From Rhodospirillaceae bacterium (GTDB lineage: Bacteria; Pseudomonadota; Alphaproteobacteria; Rhodospirillales; JABJKH01), in assembly GCA_018660465.1 (NCBI GenBank), contig JABJKH010000041.1, positions 6,650-70,649 of the forward strand: a DNA stretch of 64,000 nucleotides, read 5' to 3'. Within the stretch, counting starts at the first letter, position 1. The number at the start of each line of letters is the position of its first letter. The notes below the pieces were generated by a model. That model saw nothing but the letters and a program-made list of their open reading frames with translations, was not told where the DNA came from and did no database searches. A program made the position numbers and the translations under genes. This document shows, in pieces, positions 36,874 to 45,190 of the stretch.

Positions 36874-36909
36874 CCCCCAATTGTCCCCCAATTGTCCCCC
36901 AATTGTCCC
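36874..36909. repeat. 11-bp tandem repeat CCCCCAATTGT x3.3, each unit containing the palindrome CAATTG
   Basis: Read directly from the sequence: ccccccaattgt cccccaattgt cccccaattgt ccc. It lies 36 nt downstream of the kinase stop. Confidence 0.9.
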
Positions 36910-37034
36910 TATGAATAAGATTTTCTTAGGTCAGGTCTTTGGGCTGGCGGCGGCCTATGCTCTGTTCGGCTGGCTGGGATTGTTATCAGCGTTGGAGTTC
37001 AACTCACCTGTAACTCGAGGGGACCGAGCAGAGC

Positions 37035-37472
37035 CTAAAGAATAAGGCTGAGCGAAGAGCCAAGTTTTTCGAAGCTGCCGGTAATGACGCGGACGGTGTC
37101 TTCGTAGACGGCGATGGCTTTCTTGAAATCGCCGGGTCCACCCTTGAACCCATTTCCGGTGTCGCTTTTTTCCCCGCGTTCGTTGATTTCCAGCAACGAC
37201 ACGAACAAATCCGTCGGCGCGTTAAAGCTGCCAGGGTTTTCGGCCCGAGGCCGATTGTTTCTACGGTCTTGATTGGTGTTATCGGCGAGCGCCCGCTCCT
37301 GCTCCTGGAAAATCAGCGCTGTATTATCAAACGAGATAGAGCCGGAGGTGTTGATCTCCTCAACCTGTCCCCGATCACTGGCATTTCCCCGAACAGACGC
37401 AACCGTACGCCCCGCCGTTGGGGCGGTGGGTGCTGTCGCTACCGGTTGTTGCACTCTTGCAATCAGGGCCAT
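37035..37472 (-). CDS. Hypothetical protein
   Basis: 145-aa ORF, low complexity at the N-terminus. No family was recognised. Confidence 0.4.
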   Translation of the reverse strand: MALIARVQQPVATAPTAPTAGRTVASVRGNASDRGQVEEINTSGSISFDNTALIFQEQERALADNTNQDRRNNRPRAENPGSFNAPTDLFVSLLEINERGEKSDTGNGFKGGPGDFKKAIAVYEDTVRVITGSFEKLGSSLSLIL

Positions 37473-37691
37473 TCTGGCTCTTTCCTCGTCTCATTTTCAG
37501 GCTGCCAACCCCATCGAAAACCCCACGCAAACACACATGCGCAGACCCATCGCGGGCTAACATACACTTCTCTACGTCCTAATATATCAAAAAACCGAAA
37601 GAAGTCAATAGCTTAGGGTGAATTTAGGCGCGCAAAATCCACCGCTGTCCAAGTTATTGAATCCATTCACTGATTCGATTTGCTATTTCAG

Positions 37692-38522
37692 CTACCGGGC
37701 CGCCAAAGCCCGGGCTAAAAAGCCATCAATGACTTCGGCGGCAGGGGAATCGTAAAGGTTGTTGTGGCCCGCCAGTTTAATCCAGTGGGCGGTTTTAGGC
37801 TCGGAAGCGGCGTTAAAAAGAGCCTGACCAAACTTGACGGGGACGGTCCCGTCCAGGGTACCGTGCACGATGATCAAGGGGGTATTGATCTCACTGATAA
37901 TCGCCGCTGAATTGAAACGATCTCGAACCAGCCACTGGGCCGGTACAATCGGGTAATGATGCTGTGCGACATCTGCCAGGGTCGTGTAGGGCGCTTCCAA
38001 GACCAGCGCTGCCACTGGGGTATTCTGTTTTGCGAATTCCCAAGCCATCCGAACCGCCGGACCGGAGCCCAGAGATTCGCCGTAGATCACCAAATTGTCT
38101 GGCCCAAGACCTTGGTCATCAGCAAATTTCAGCCACGCCCTGGCATCCGCATATAAGCCCTCCTCGCTCGGGTTGCCGGGGTTGCCGCCAAAGCCTCTGT
38201 ATTCGGCCAGCAACACCCCATAGCCCCAATCCATATAACGCCGAGCCTTAAAGGCGCGGTCCGCTACCGATCCCGCATTGCCATGGAACAGCACGATCAG
38301 CGGCTTTTCGGGTTTGGGTGGGGCGAACCAACCTGACAGTTCCAACCCATCCGCTGTCGACGCACTCACGACCTTCATCTCAGGCACACGCATCTGAGTT
38401 GGAGATGGCGGTGCACTGCCTGGGTGATAAATCATGGAGCGCTGCAACGCGAACAAGGCGATCACAAAGACCAAATACGCGCCCAGAAGGCTACTAACGA
38501 TGCTGATCATTTTTCCCCTCAC
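37692..38522 (-). CDS. Alpha/beta hydrolase (membrane-anchored, S9/S33-like)
   Basis: N-terminal TM, an HGNAG oxyanion region, the GESLGSG nucleophile elbow, and downstream D and H (GHNNL). Confidence 0.8.
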   Translation of the reverse strand: MRGKMISIVSSLLGAYLVFVIALFALQRSMIYHPGSAPPSPTQMRVPEMKVVSASTADGLELSGWFAPPKPEKPLIVLFHGNAGSVADRAFKARRYMDWGYGVLLAEYRGFGGNPGNPSEEGLYADARAWLKFADDQGLGPDNLVIYGESLGSGPAVRMAWEFAKQNTPVAALVLEAPYTTLADVAQHHYPIVPAQWLVRDRFNSAAIISEINTPLIIVHGTLDGTVPVKFGQALFNAASEPKTAHWIKLAGHNNLYDSPAAEVIDGFLARALAAR

Positions 38523-38532
38523 AACAGCCCCT

Positions 38533-39285
38533 TCACAGTAACCACAACTTCTTCATCAGTCGCGCCAGTTCTGGGTCATGTTTTTCCAAATCGCGGCGGT
38601 TGTAGGGGTAGTGGTCGTTTTGTCCGAAGTAGGCTTCGGTGCCTTCGGCAAAGTACTCACGGACGTTGCGCATCGCATAGTGCTTGGCCTTCTTTCCATC
38701 AATGCGATCGACATTATCATAGCTGCCATTGGCGCTGGCCTTTTTATATGCAGCGATAAGTTCCGGATGGTCGTATCCCAGAACCTGTTCGTGGTAGGCA
38801 TGGGACAATTCGTGCAGCAACAACAATGGCGCGCCGTCCTCCGATTGTAAAAAGTAACCACCATCACTGATGGAAATGCCGCCGGCCTTATCCTTGTTGA
38901 TGCCGTTCTTGATCAGCCACGGCCCGGCCTGGGTGTGAAAATAATGAAACTTGAATTCATCAAACTTTTCCCAGCGTGCATCGTGCTGCACCCAGATCGG
39001 AATCAGGCGCAAGAATGTCGTGACATTTGGCGGTACAAGTTTGCTGATTCGAATGAGATCGCGGCGCAATTTCTGCCGCACTCTGGTTGCTAATCTTTTT
39101 CGCTGATAGTGCAGTTCCTTGTTCACCCGAAGGGTCCAACCGGCGATGTTCTCGCTGAGATAGCTGGCGGTCGGTTGAACGCCTTTCGCTTGAGCAAACA
39201 CCGACGATGGCAAGGCTAAAACCGCCACCATGAAAAGCCATAAAATGATTAAGAGCCGCGCCACCTTACTCCACCGGACGAGCAT
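38533..39285 (-). CDS. Secreted putative zinc metallopeptidase (HExxH)
   Basis: Signal-peptide-like N-terminus ending in AQA, and an LLLLHELSHAYHEQ motif. Confidence 0.6.
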   Translation of the reverse strand: MLVRWSKVARLLIILWLFMVAVLALPSSVFAQAKGVQPTASYLSENIAGWTLRVNKELHYQRKRLATRVRQKLRRDLIRISKLVPPNVTTFLRLIPIWVQHDARWEKFDEFKFHYFHTQAGPWLIKNGINKDKAGGISISDGGYFLQSEDGAPLLLLHELSHAYHEQVLGYDHPELIAAYKKASANGSYDNVDRIDGKKAKHYAMRNVREYFAEGTEAYFGQNDHYPYNRRDLEKHDPELARLMKKLWLL

Positions 39286-40099
39286 TGGTGACCTTGGTTA
39301 GGGGCGCTTTATTGTTACTCTGGATGACATCGAAAGCATAACGCCAAGAGACGCCGGGGCCGGTCACGGTCGCTTGGCAGGTGCGAAGTACCTTGATCGC
39401 ATCAAAACTAAGATCCTTATATCCGGAGACGCTAAAACGGCTGATGGTGGTTTTGTCTGGCACCCGGTCGCGGACCGCGATGCGCAGCAACAATCCCGCC
39501 TGCTCGCGGACAATATCATCGGTGCAGGTCGGCAATTCAACAGCACTCCCCTGCCACAACCGCATCCATTGTGCCTGCGCCTCACCCTCGCCCCTAGGGA
39601 TCAACCCCCACCCAAGGGCGGCGATAAAGCCCGCCACCGCGTAGGCGCTCCACGATGTGCCGCCGCGCCTCAGGATCGCGTCTTCGCGTTGCATCTGGGA
39701 AATTGTATCGCCATAGATCTCCTCCAGTTTCTCAACGCTACGAGTCACATAGACATAATTGGCAACCATCGCCAATACGGCAAAGACCAGCGGCGTGCCG
39801 ATGATTGCCACCCGGGGCGAGATCAGCCACAACACCGCCGGCACAAACATCAAACACGCACCGATGGTCGCCATGCGGCGGTAGAAATACCAAGGAACAG
39901 ACAACAAAAACGCCGACCAATTCCATGAAATAAGGCCGCCCAGAAACGCTCCACCGCCGGCAGAAATCTTTTGATATTGGGAGAAATAATAAGTGTCGTT
40001 GCGGCCAAAAAATTGCCGTAGATCTTCTTCGTCCGGCGGGTTCTTTCCCAATCCGCCAACACCATTCGATCTACCGTTCGCACTCACTTCCGCCATCAT
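39266..40099 (-). CDS. DUF2628-like membrane protein with C-terminal soluble domain
   Basis: YYFSQYQKI....WNWSAFLLSVPWYFYRRM is typical of DUF2628 and is followed by additional TMs. The 3' end overlaps the next gene's start by 20 nt. Confidence 0.5.
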   Translation of the reverse strand: MMAEVSANGRSNGVGGLGKNPPDEEDLRQFFGRNDTYYFSQYQKISAGGGAFLGGLISWNWSAFLLSVPWYFYRRMATIGACLMFVPAVLWLISPRVAIIGTPLVFAVLAMVANYVYVTRSVEKLEEIYGDTISQMQREDAILRRGGTSWSAYAVAGFIAALGWGLIPRGEGEAQAQWMRLWQGSAVELPTCTDDIVREQAGLLLRIAVRDRVPDKTTISRFSVSGYKDLSFDAIKVLRTCQATVTGPGVSWRYAFDVIQSNNKAPLTKVTNARPVE

Positions 40100-40359
40100 C
40101 CCCCCCAGGACAAATCAATGGAAATATTCAATCGGATAAATCAATGGGATTTATCGATTTACAATCTTGAGCAACACCATCCTGCCGCGAACCCGTTTAA
40201 AGGGCAATATGTTAGAAATTTCGCCCGTATTCAATCGTATTGAATCATTTGCAGCATAACGTTCTCTGCATTAAAACTAATACAAATTGCATAGACCAAT
40301 AAATAAATGTTATGCTTAAAGTAATACTTCTCAAATAAATATAGATTTTTCTTAAAATT

Positions 40360-40378
40360 AATAATGATTATCATTGTA
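40360..40378. promoter_or_regulatory. Fur-box-like palindrome
   Basis: aATAATGATtATCATTgTa matches the classical consensus GATAATGATAATCATTATC at 15 of 19 positions. It lies about 150 nt upstream of the dual-PAS chemoreceptor, in a 420-bp AT-rich gap. Confidence 0.3.
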
Positions 40379-40524
40379 TTTTATGCGAAGAACATCAAAT
40401 AGCTTGATTAATTATCAACGCCTAAGGCCCTAAAGATTTTAAAAATTGGATAAATGCGCTGCTCCATTAGGGGGAGAGTGCCGATTGTTTATCATATAAC
40501 GCGATTTATTTTAAGGAGTGCGCC

Positions 40525-42006
40525 ATGCTTAGAAAAACCCCAACCCATGCTAAAATGCAGGGACAGATGCTGGAAAATATGCCGGTCAACATCATGATGT
40601 TGGAGATTCAGGATTACCGCATCACTTACATGAACAAAACCAGCGAAAACACCTTGAAAAGTCTAGAACACTTGTTGCCGTGCAGAATCGACGACTTGGT
40701 CGGGCAATGTGTTGATATTTTCCACAAAAACCCAGCCCACCAACGCCAGATGTTGGCTGATCCCAGCAATCTTCCGCATCAGGCGATTATTCAACTTGGC
40801 GATGAGTACCTAGACCTTTTGGTCACGGCGATGAATGACAGTTCCGGCAACTATGTCTCTGCAATGCTGACATGGAGCGTGGTCACCGATAAAATTAAAT
40901 CGGAAGAAAGCAGCAACCGGCAACTCCAGGTCATCAACCAAATTCCAGTTGGCGTGATGCTGGCCGATCCAGAATCCTTGGAAATTACCTATATTAACGA
41001 ATTCACCAAGACCACACTGAAATCGCTGGAACATCTTATTCCGTGCACGGTGGATAGCTTAATCGGGCAATGCATCGATATATTCCATAAAAATCCCGCC
41101 CATCAGCGGCAAATGTTGAAAGATCCTGCCAACCTCCCGCATGTGGCAAAAATCAACCTCGGCGGAGAAACTCTGGATCTTCGGGTTTCGGCAATCACCG
41201 GTGCAGACGGTGGCTATGAAGGTATTCTGTTGGTCTGGAGCGTTGTCACTGGCCAAGTCAAAATGGCCGACGACTTTGAGTCGAATGTTAAGTCGGTTGT
41301 AGAAACCCTGGCGGCTGCGGCCACTGAAATGCAGGCGACGTCTGAATCCATGGCCGCAACGGCGGAGGAAACCACCAATCAGGCGAGTACTGTTGCAGCA
41401 GCGACAGAACAATTAAGTGCCTCGGTCAATGAGATTTCCTCACAGGTGTCCGTATCAGCGACCGCTGCTTCCAACGCGGTCGAGGAAGCCGAACGCTCAA
41501 ATCAAATGGTCCAAGGTCTGGCCGATGCGGCAGACAAGATCGGACAAGTGGTGAACCTGATTAAGGACGTCGCTGATCAGACCAACCTTCTGGCCTTGAA
41601 TGCAACAATTGAAGCTGCCCGCGCCGGTGATGCTGGTAAAGGCTTTGCGGTTGTCGCGTCTGAAGTTAAGAACTTGGCCAATCAGACCGCCAAGGCAACT
41701 GAGGAAATTGCGGCCCAGATCAGTTCGATCCAAGGGGCAACGAAAGAGTCGGTAGACGCCATTCAGACCATCAGCAAAACCATCAACGAGATCAGCGAAA
41801 TTCAAACCACGATCTCATCGGCGGTGGAAGAACAAAGCGCCTCTACCCAGGAAGTTAACGTCACGATTAACGGCGTTAGCCAAGCATCCCAGGAAACAGG
41901 TATTGCCGCCTCCAACGTTATGGAATCAGCTGGCGACTTGGCCAAACAGGGCGAAATTCTGGCCCAGGAAGTTGAGAAATTCCTGGTTGAAGTCCGCGCA
42001 ATGTAA
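40525..42006 (+). CDS. Soluble methyl-accepting chemotaxis protein with two tandem PAS-like sensor domains
   Basis: No TM segment. Two ~125-aa repeats share [39 protein letters not shown]. These are followed by the MCP hairpin [34 protein letters not shown]. Confidence 0.85.
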   Translation: MLRKTPTHAKMQGQMLENMPVNIMMLEIQDYRITYMNKTSENTLKSLEHLLPCRIDDLVGQCVDIFHKNPAHQRQMLADPSNLPHQAIIQLGDEYLDLLVTAMNDSSGNYVSAMLTWSVVTDKIKSEESSNRQLQVINQIPVGVMLADPESLEITYINEFTKTTLKSLEHLIPCTVDSLIGQCIDIFHKNPAHQRQMLKDPANLPHVAKINLGGETLDLRVSAITGADGGYEGILLVWSVVTGQVKMADDFESNVKSVVETLAAAATEMQATSESMAATAEETTNQASTVAAATEQLSASVNEISSQVSVSATAASNAVEEAERSNQMVQGLADAADKIGQVVNLIKDVADQTNLLALNATIEAARAGDAGKGFAVVASEVKNLANQTAKATEEIAAQISSIQGATKESVDAIQTISKTINEISEIQTTISSAVEEQSASTQEVNVTINGVSQASQETGIAASNVMESAGDLAKQGEILAQEVEKFLVEVRAM

Positions 42007-42035
42007 AATTAGAACGAAGTCTTCGAGTGACGAGA

Positions 42036-42064
42036 AAGGGGCCCTTCGTGGGCCCCTTTTTATT
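42036..42064 (+). terminator. Rho-independent terminator of the dual-PAS MCP gene
   Basis: GGGGCCC-TTCGT-GGGCCCC (42038-42056) followed by TTTTTATT. Confidence 0.75.
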
Positions 42065-42098
42065 GCGTGTAATTCCTGAAGACGTGGTGCCAATGAGT

Positions 42099-42222
42099 GT
42101 CCTTCGAGACGCGCCTAAGCAAGCGCTCCTCAGGATGAAGAGTTTTCATAAGCAATTGATAATAAACTTAATTTTAATATATCTTCATCCTGAGGAGCCG
42201 CGCCAGCGGCATCTCGAAGGAC
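42099..42222. repeat. Intergenic nested-palindrome element, copy 2
   Basis: Outer arms are GTCCTTCGAGA and TCTCGAAGGAC. Inner arms are TCCTCAGGATGAAG (42127-42140) and CTTCATCCTGAGGA (42183-42196). Side hairpins are GCGC-CTAAGCAA-GCGC and GCCGC-GCCA-GCGGC. Confidence 0.9.
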
Positions 42223-42259
42223 GCTCAGCGGTACAAACTCACCTTATATACAGACCAAT

Positions 42260-42523
42260 CTAATGAATAATAAACTCACCATCTGCCAAGCGAACTTCGG
42301 CCGGTTTGATCAGCTGGGCATTGGCGACGCGCACTGAATGCAATTTGCCATCAAGCCGCTGTTCCCAAAAATCCAGGAACTTTTTTAATTCAGGAAATTG
42401 CGGGGCTAGGTCCAGCTTCTGCCACACGAAACTTTGCAGCAAACTAGGAAGATCCGGCATGTGGTACAGGATTTCCGCTGTCGTCAGGCGGTAGTCTTTA
42501 AGTTGGCGTTTCAGATCAGACAT
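42260..42523 (-). CDS. usg: Usg-family protein
   Basis: From the ATG at 42523 (GGAG 6 nt upstream) the product is MSDLKRQLKDYRLTTAEILYHMPDLPSLLQSFVWQKLDLAPQFPELKKFLDFW..., the Usg-like family pattern. The longer ORF-track start is unlikely. Confidence 0.55.
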   Translation of the reverse strand: MSDLKRQLKDYRLTTAEILYHMPDLPSLLQSFVWQKLDLAPQFPELKKFLDFWEQRLDGKLHSVRVANAQLIKPAEVRLADGEFIIH

Positions 42524-42646
42524 GATGCATCTCCTTATCCACTGGGCAGTGTGCAGGAAACGCCATAAGAGTTCAACAATTATGTAATAATTCCAAGGGA
42601 TTAGCAGCCGCCGCACGAGAGTGCTGCCAATCCCTTGAGAGGCGTT

Positions 42647-43267
42647 TTAAAGCCCGTTGTCGGTGATATGAGTCTTGTATCCCGGGCGTGCCTTCAGACG
42701 GTCATGCCAAGCGTCCAAGTTCGCCAATGCGGGATGATCCAGGTCCAACAGCTTCCAGCGATTAATAAAAAAGCCGACGGGAATATCGCCCATGGTGAGG
42801 TTCTCACCGGCGACGAAGGGTCTATCAGCCAAATGTGCATCCAACATTTTTATGTACACAATGGCGGCTTGCTTGGCTTCGGCGATGGCGTCTTGGTCCC
42901 AGTCCGCTTCTTCCTTGCGGGTGGTTTCACGGAAAATAAAGCCAACCGTGGAATTCAGCGCAAATAACTGCCAGTCCATCCACCGGTCTGCCTCAGACCG
43001 TTCTGCCGGGTCTTCCGGCCACAAGGTGCCCTTGCCGTGAATGGAGCTGAGGTAGCGAATAATAGAATTAGATTCCCAGATGATTGTGTCGCCGTCTTCC
43101 AGGGTCGGGACGAGTCCATTTGGGTTTATCGCCCGGTACGCCGGATCATCGTTGCCGCCAAACGGGCCCCCAAGATCCACTCGGTCAAATTCCAAGTTTA
43201 ATTCTGCCAGACACCACAAAACCTTGCGCACGTTGCTGGATGTTTTTCGTCCCCAAACTTTTAACAT
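42647..43267 (-). CDS. Glutathione S-transferase
   Basis: 206 aa. SSNVRKVLW...NPNGLVPTLEDGD..IWESN.IIRYL is the canonical GST N-terminal domain. Confidence 0.8.
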   Translation of the reverse strand: MLKVWGRKTSSNVRKVLWCLAELNLEFDRVDLGGPFGGNDDPAYRAINPNGLVPTLEDGDTIIWESNSIIRYLSSIHGKGTLWPEDPAERSEADRWMDWQLFALNSTVGFIFRETTRKEEADWDQDAIAEAKQAAIVYIKMLDAHLADRPFVAGENLTMGDIPVGFFINRWKLLDLDHPALANLDAWHDRLKARPGYKTHITDNGL

Positions 43268-43558
43268 TTTTTCGCCTCAATCTTTAAATACCATACGATA
43301 GGATGCGAAGGTGCGTCCTTGCGGGTAAAAGCGCAACATATAAGTTAACTTTATCGTACTCATTTGACCGTCTGACATGATTTTGACTTGATTTTTGGGT
43401 CTTCTTTGGCAGTATAGAGGATACCGGTCCGAATTTCAGGGAGGATTGGTGGAAAGATCGCTATCTCGGTTCTGAAAACGAGGATAGACTTGATCTAAAT
43501 AGCCTGGGAACGTCACTCGGAGTTTCACCCGAATGACTCTTCCAGCTTGCGATAGGGA

Positions 43559-44173
43559 TTGACGATGCGAAGACTTTTTTCTGCCGGTGTTTTTGCTTTA
43601 TTCATGGCCGTGGTTTGGAGCCCGGACAACGCGCGCGCTGACGCGTTTTCTGATGGCGCCCTGAAATTCATCGAAAACCTGGCCCATAAATCACTGACGA
43701 CCCTGACCGGGGATAACATAAATGTAAAAGAGCGGCGGCGTCGCTTTAAAATTCTCCTGCACAAAAATTTTGCCGTGAAAACCATCGGACGCTGGGTGCT
43801 GGGGCGCTATTGGCGGAAGGCCAAGCAACCCCAGAAAGACGAGTATTTCGACCTGTTCGAAAGCCTTATTATCAAGACCTACGCCGACCGCTTTGCAAAA
43901 CTATCTGGCTCCAGTTTGATTGTGAAGAAAGCCATCTCCAAGGGCAGCAAGGACACGGTGGTTTATTCGGAATTTCGGGAAGGCAAAAAAGTAGCGGCTA
44001 AAATCAACTGGCGGCTGCGCGCCAAGGAAGGCCAGTTCCGGATCATCGACGTGATGGTCGAAGGCATCAGCATGGGTATGACCCAGCGCGACGAGTTCGC
44101 TTCGGTCATTCGCAAAAGCGGCCGCGGTGTTGAGGGCTTGCTCAGGGAACTCCGCAAGAAGAAGACTCTCTAA
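43559..44173 (+). CDS. MlaC/Ttg2D-family lipid-binding periplasmic protein (HpnM-like position next to hopanoid genes)
   Basis: Signal peptide, 204 aa, and MlaC-like motifs (F.....I.R.VLGRYWR, F...Y..Y...F). It is located directly upstream of hpnC. Confidence 0.6.
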   Translation: MTMRRLFSAGVFALFMAVVWSPDNARADAFSDGALKFIENLAHKSLTTLTGDNINVKERRRRFKILLHKNFAVKTIGRWVLGRYWRKAKQPQKDEYFDLFESLIIKTYADRFAKLSGSSLIVKKAISKGSKDTVVYSEFREGKKVAAKINWRLRAKEGQFRIIDVMVEGISMGMTQRDEFASVIRKSGRGVEGLLRELRKKKTL

Positions 44174-44182
44174 CTCGAGGTC

Positions 44183-45040
44183 ATGAACACCCCATTGGCG
44201 ACACAGGATTCGGTCGAAACTCCTTCAGGTAAAGACGCCGCCTACGAGAACTTTCCGGTGGGCTCATGGCTGTTGCCAGCGCATCTCCGCCCACATATCG
44301 CTGTGTATTATAACTTTGCCCGTGCGATTGATGACATCGCCGATAATCCTGACACCCAGCCCGACGAAAAAATTAAACGCCTCAGTGAATTTGAACGCGC
44401 CGTGCTGGGCGAAGGCGACCCCGACCCGCTCTATGCGACCGGCCACCGTATGCGCGACAGCCTGAATGAAACCGGCACCACGCCCCAGCACTGCCTGGAC
44501 TTGGTCGATGCTTTTAAACAAGACGCGGTCAAAGGGCGCTACGACGACTGGGACGATCTGATGCACTACTGCATTCGCTCAGCAGCCCCCGTTGGACGCT
44601 ACCTATTGGATATTCACGGCGGATCAGTCGATGGCTATGGCCCGTCGGATGCGCTGTGTAATGCGCTGCAAGTGATCAATCATCTTCAGGACTGCCAGGA
44701 CGATTATCAGACCATGGACCGGGTGTATCTGCCGGGCGACTGGATGGCGGCACATGGTGGCACGGTCGAACAATTGGATCAGGACAAGGCATCCCCCGGG
44801 ATCAGAAAAGTCATTGATCAGTGCCTAGACGCAACAGACGAACTCATGATCGAAGCGCGGCGTTTGCCCGCGGGATTAAAGTCCAAACGTCTGGCCATGG
44901 AATCCGCCTTCATCGTCCGTATTGCCGATGCCTTGATTAAGCGCTTGCGGAATGAAGACCCGGTGGCGGGGCGGGTGCAGTTAAGTAAGCCCCAGTTTGT
45001 CTGGTGTGGCATTCGGGGCGTTGGTTCGGTTTTATTTTGA
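44183..45040 (+). CDS. hpnC: Hydroxysqualene synthase HpnC (squalene/phytoene synthase family)
   Basis: ENFPV, ARAIDDIADNP and LQDCQDDYQ.DRVYLP Asp-rich motifs. Context with hpnD, hpnE and shc supports the call. Confidence 0.8.
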   Translation: MNTPLATQDSVETPSGKDAAYENFPVGSWLLPAHLRPHIAVYYNFARAIDDIADNPDTQPDEKIKRLSEFERAVLGEGDPDPLYATGHRMRDSLNETGTTPQHCLDLVDAFKQDAVKGRYDDWDDLMHYCIRSAAPVGRYLLDIHGGSVDGYGPSDALCNALQVINHLQDCQDDYQTMDRVYLPGDWMAAHGGTVEQLDQDKASPGIRKVIDQCLDATDELMIEARRLPAGLKSKRLAMESAFIVRIADALIKRLRNEDPVAGRVQLSKPQFVWCGIRGVGSVLF

Positions 45041-45065
45041 GGGAGATGTTGGAGCTTAACAATGC

Positions 45066-45165
45066 GTCCTTCGAGACGCCGCTTTGCGGCTCCTCAGGAT
45101 GAAGAATATTATTGAATAAAAAATCTTCATCCTGAGGAGCGCGAGAATTGCGCGTCTCGAAGGGT
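45066..45165. repeat. Intergenic nested-palindrome element, copy 3 (between hpnC and hpnB)
   Basis: Outer arms are CCTTCGAGAC (45068-45077) and GTCTCGAAGG (45154-45163). Inner arms are TCCTCAGGATGAAG and CTTCATCCTGAGGA. Side hairpins are GCCGC-TTT-GCGGC and GCGC-GAGAATT-GCGC. Confidence 0.9.
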
Positions 45166-45190
45166 CTGAGCGAAACTCACTAGATATATC

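Noticed and set aside
42027-42263. 78-aa plus-strand ORF (and the analogous 73-aa minus-strand ORF at 45056-45277) as protein-coding genes.
   Set aside because: Both lie on copies of the nested palindromic repeat. The open frame is a by-product of the repeat sequence, and there is no RBS or family resemblance.
43268-43558. The imperfect hairpin CTATCTCG-GTTCTGAAAA-CGAGGATAG (about 43462-43488), and the 290-bp gap before the MlaC-like gene, as a riboswitch or small RNA.
   Set aside because: There is a single imperfect stem with no recognisable riboswitch core and no terminator. It cannot be supported without covariation or expression data.
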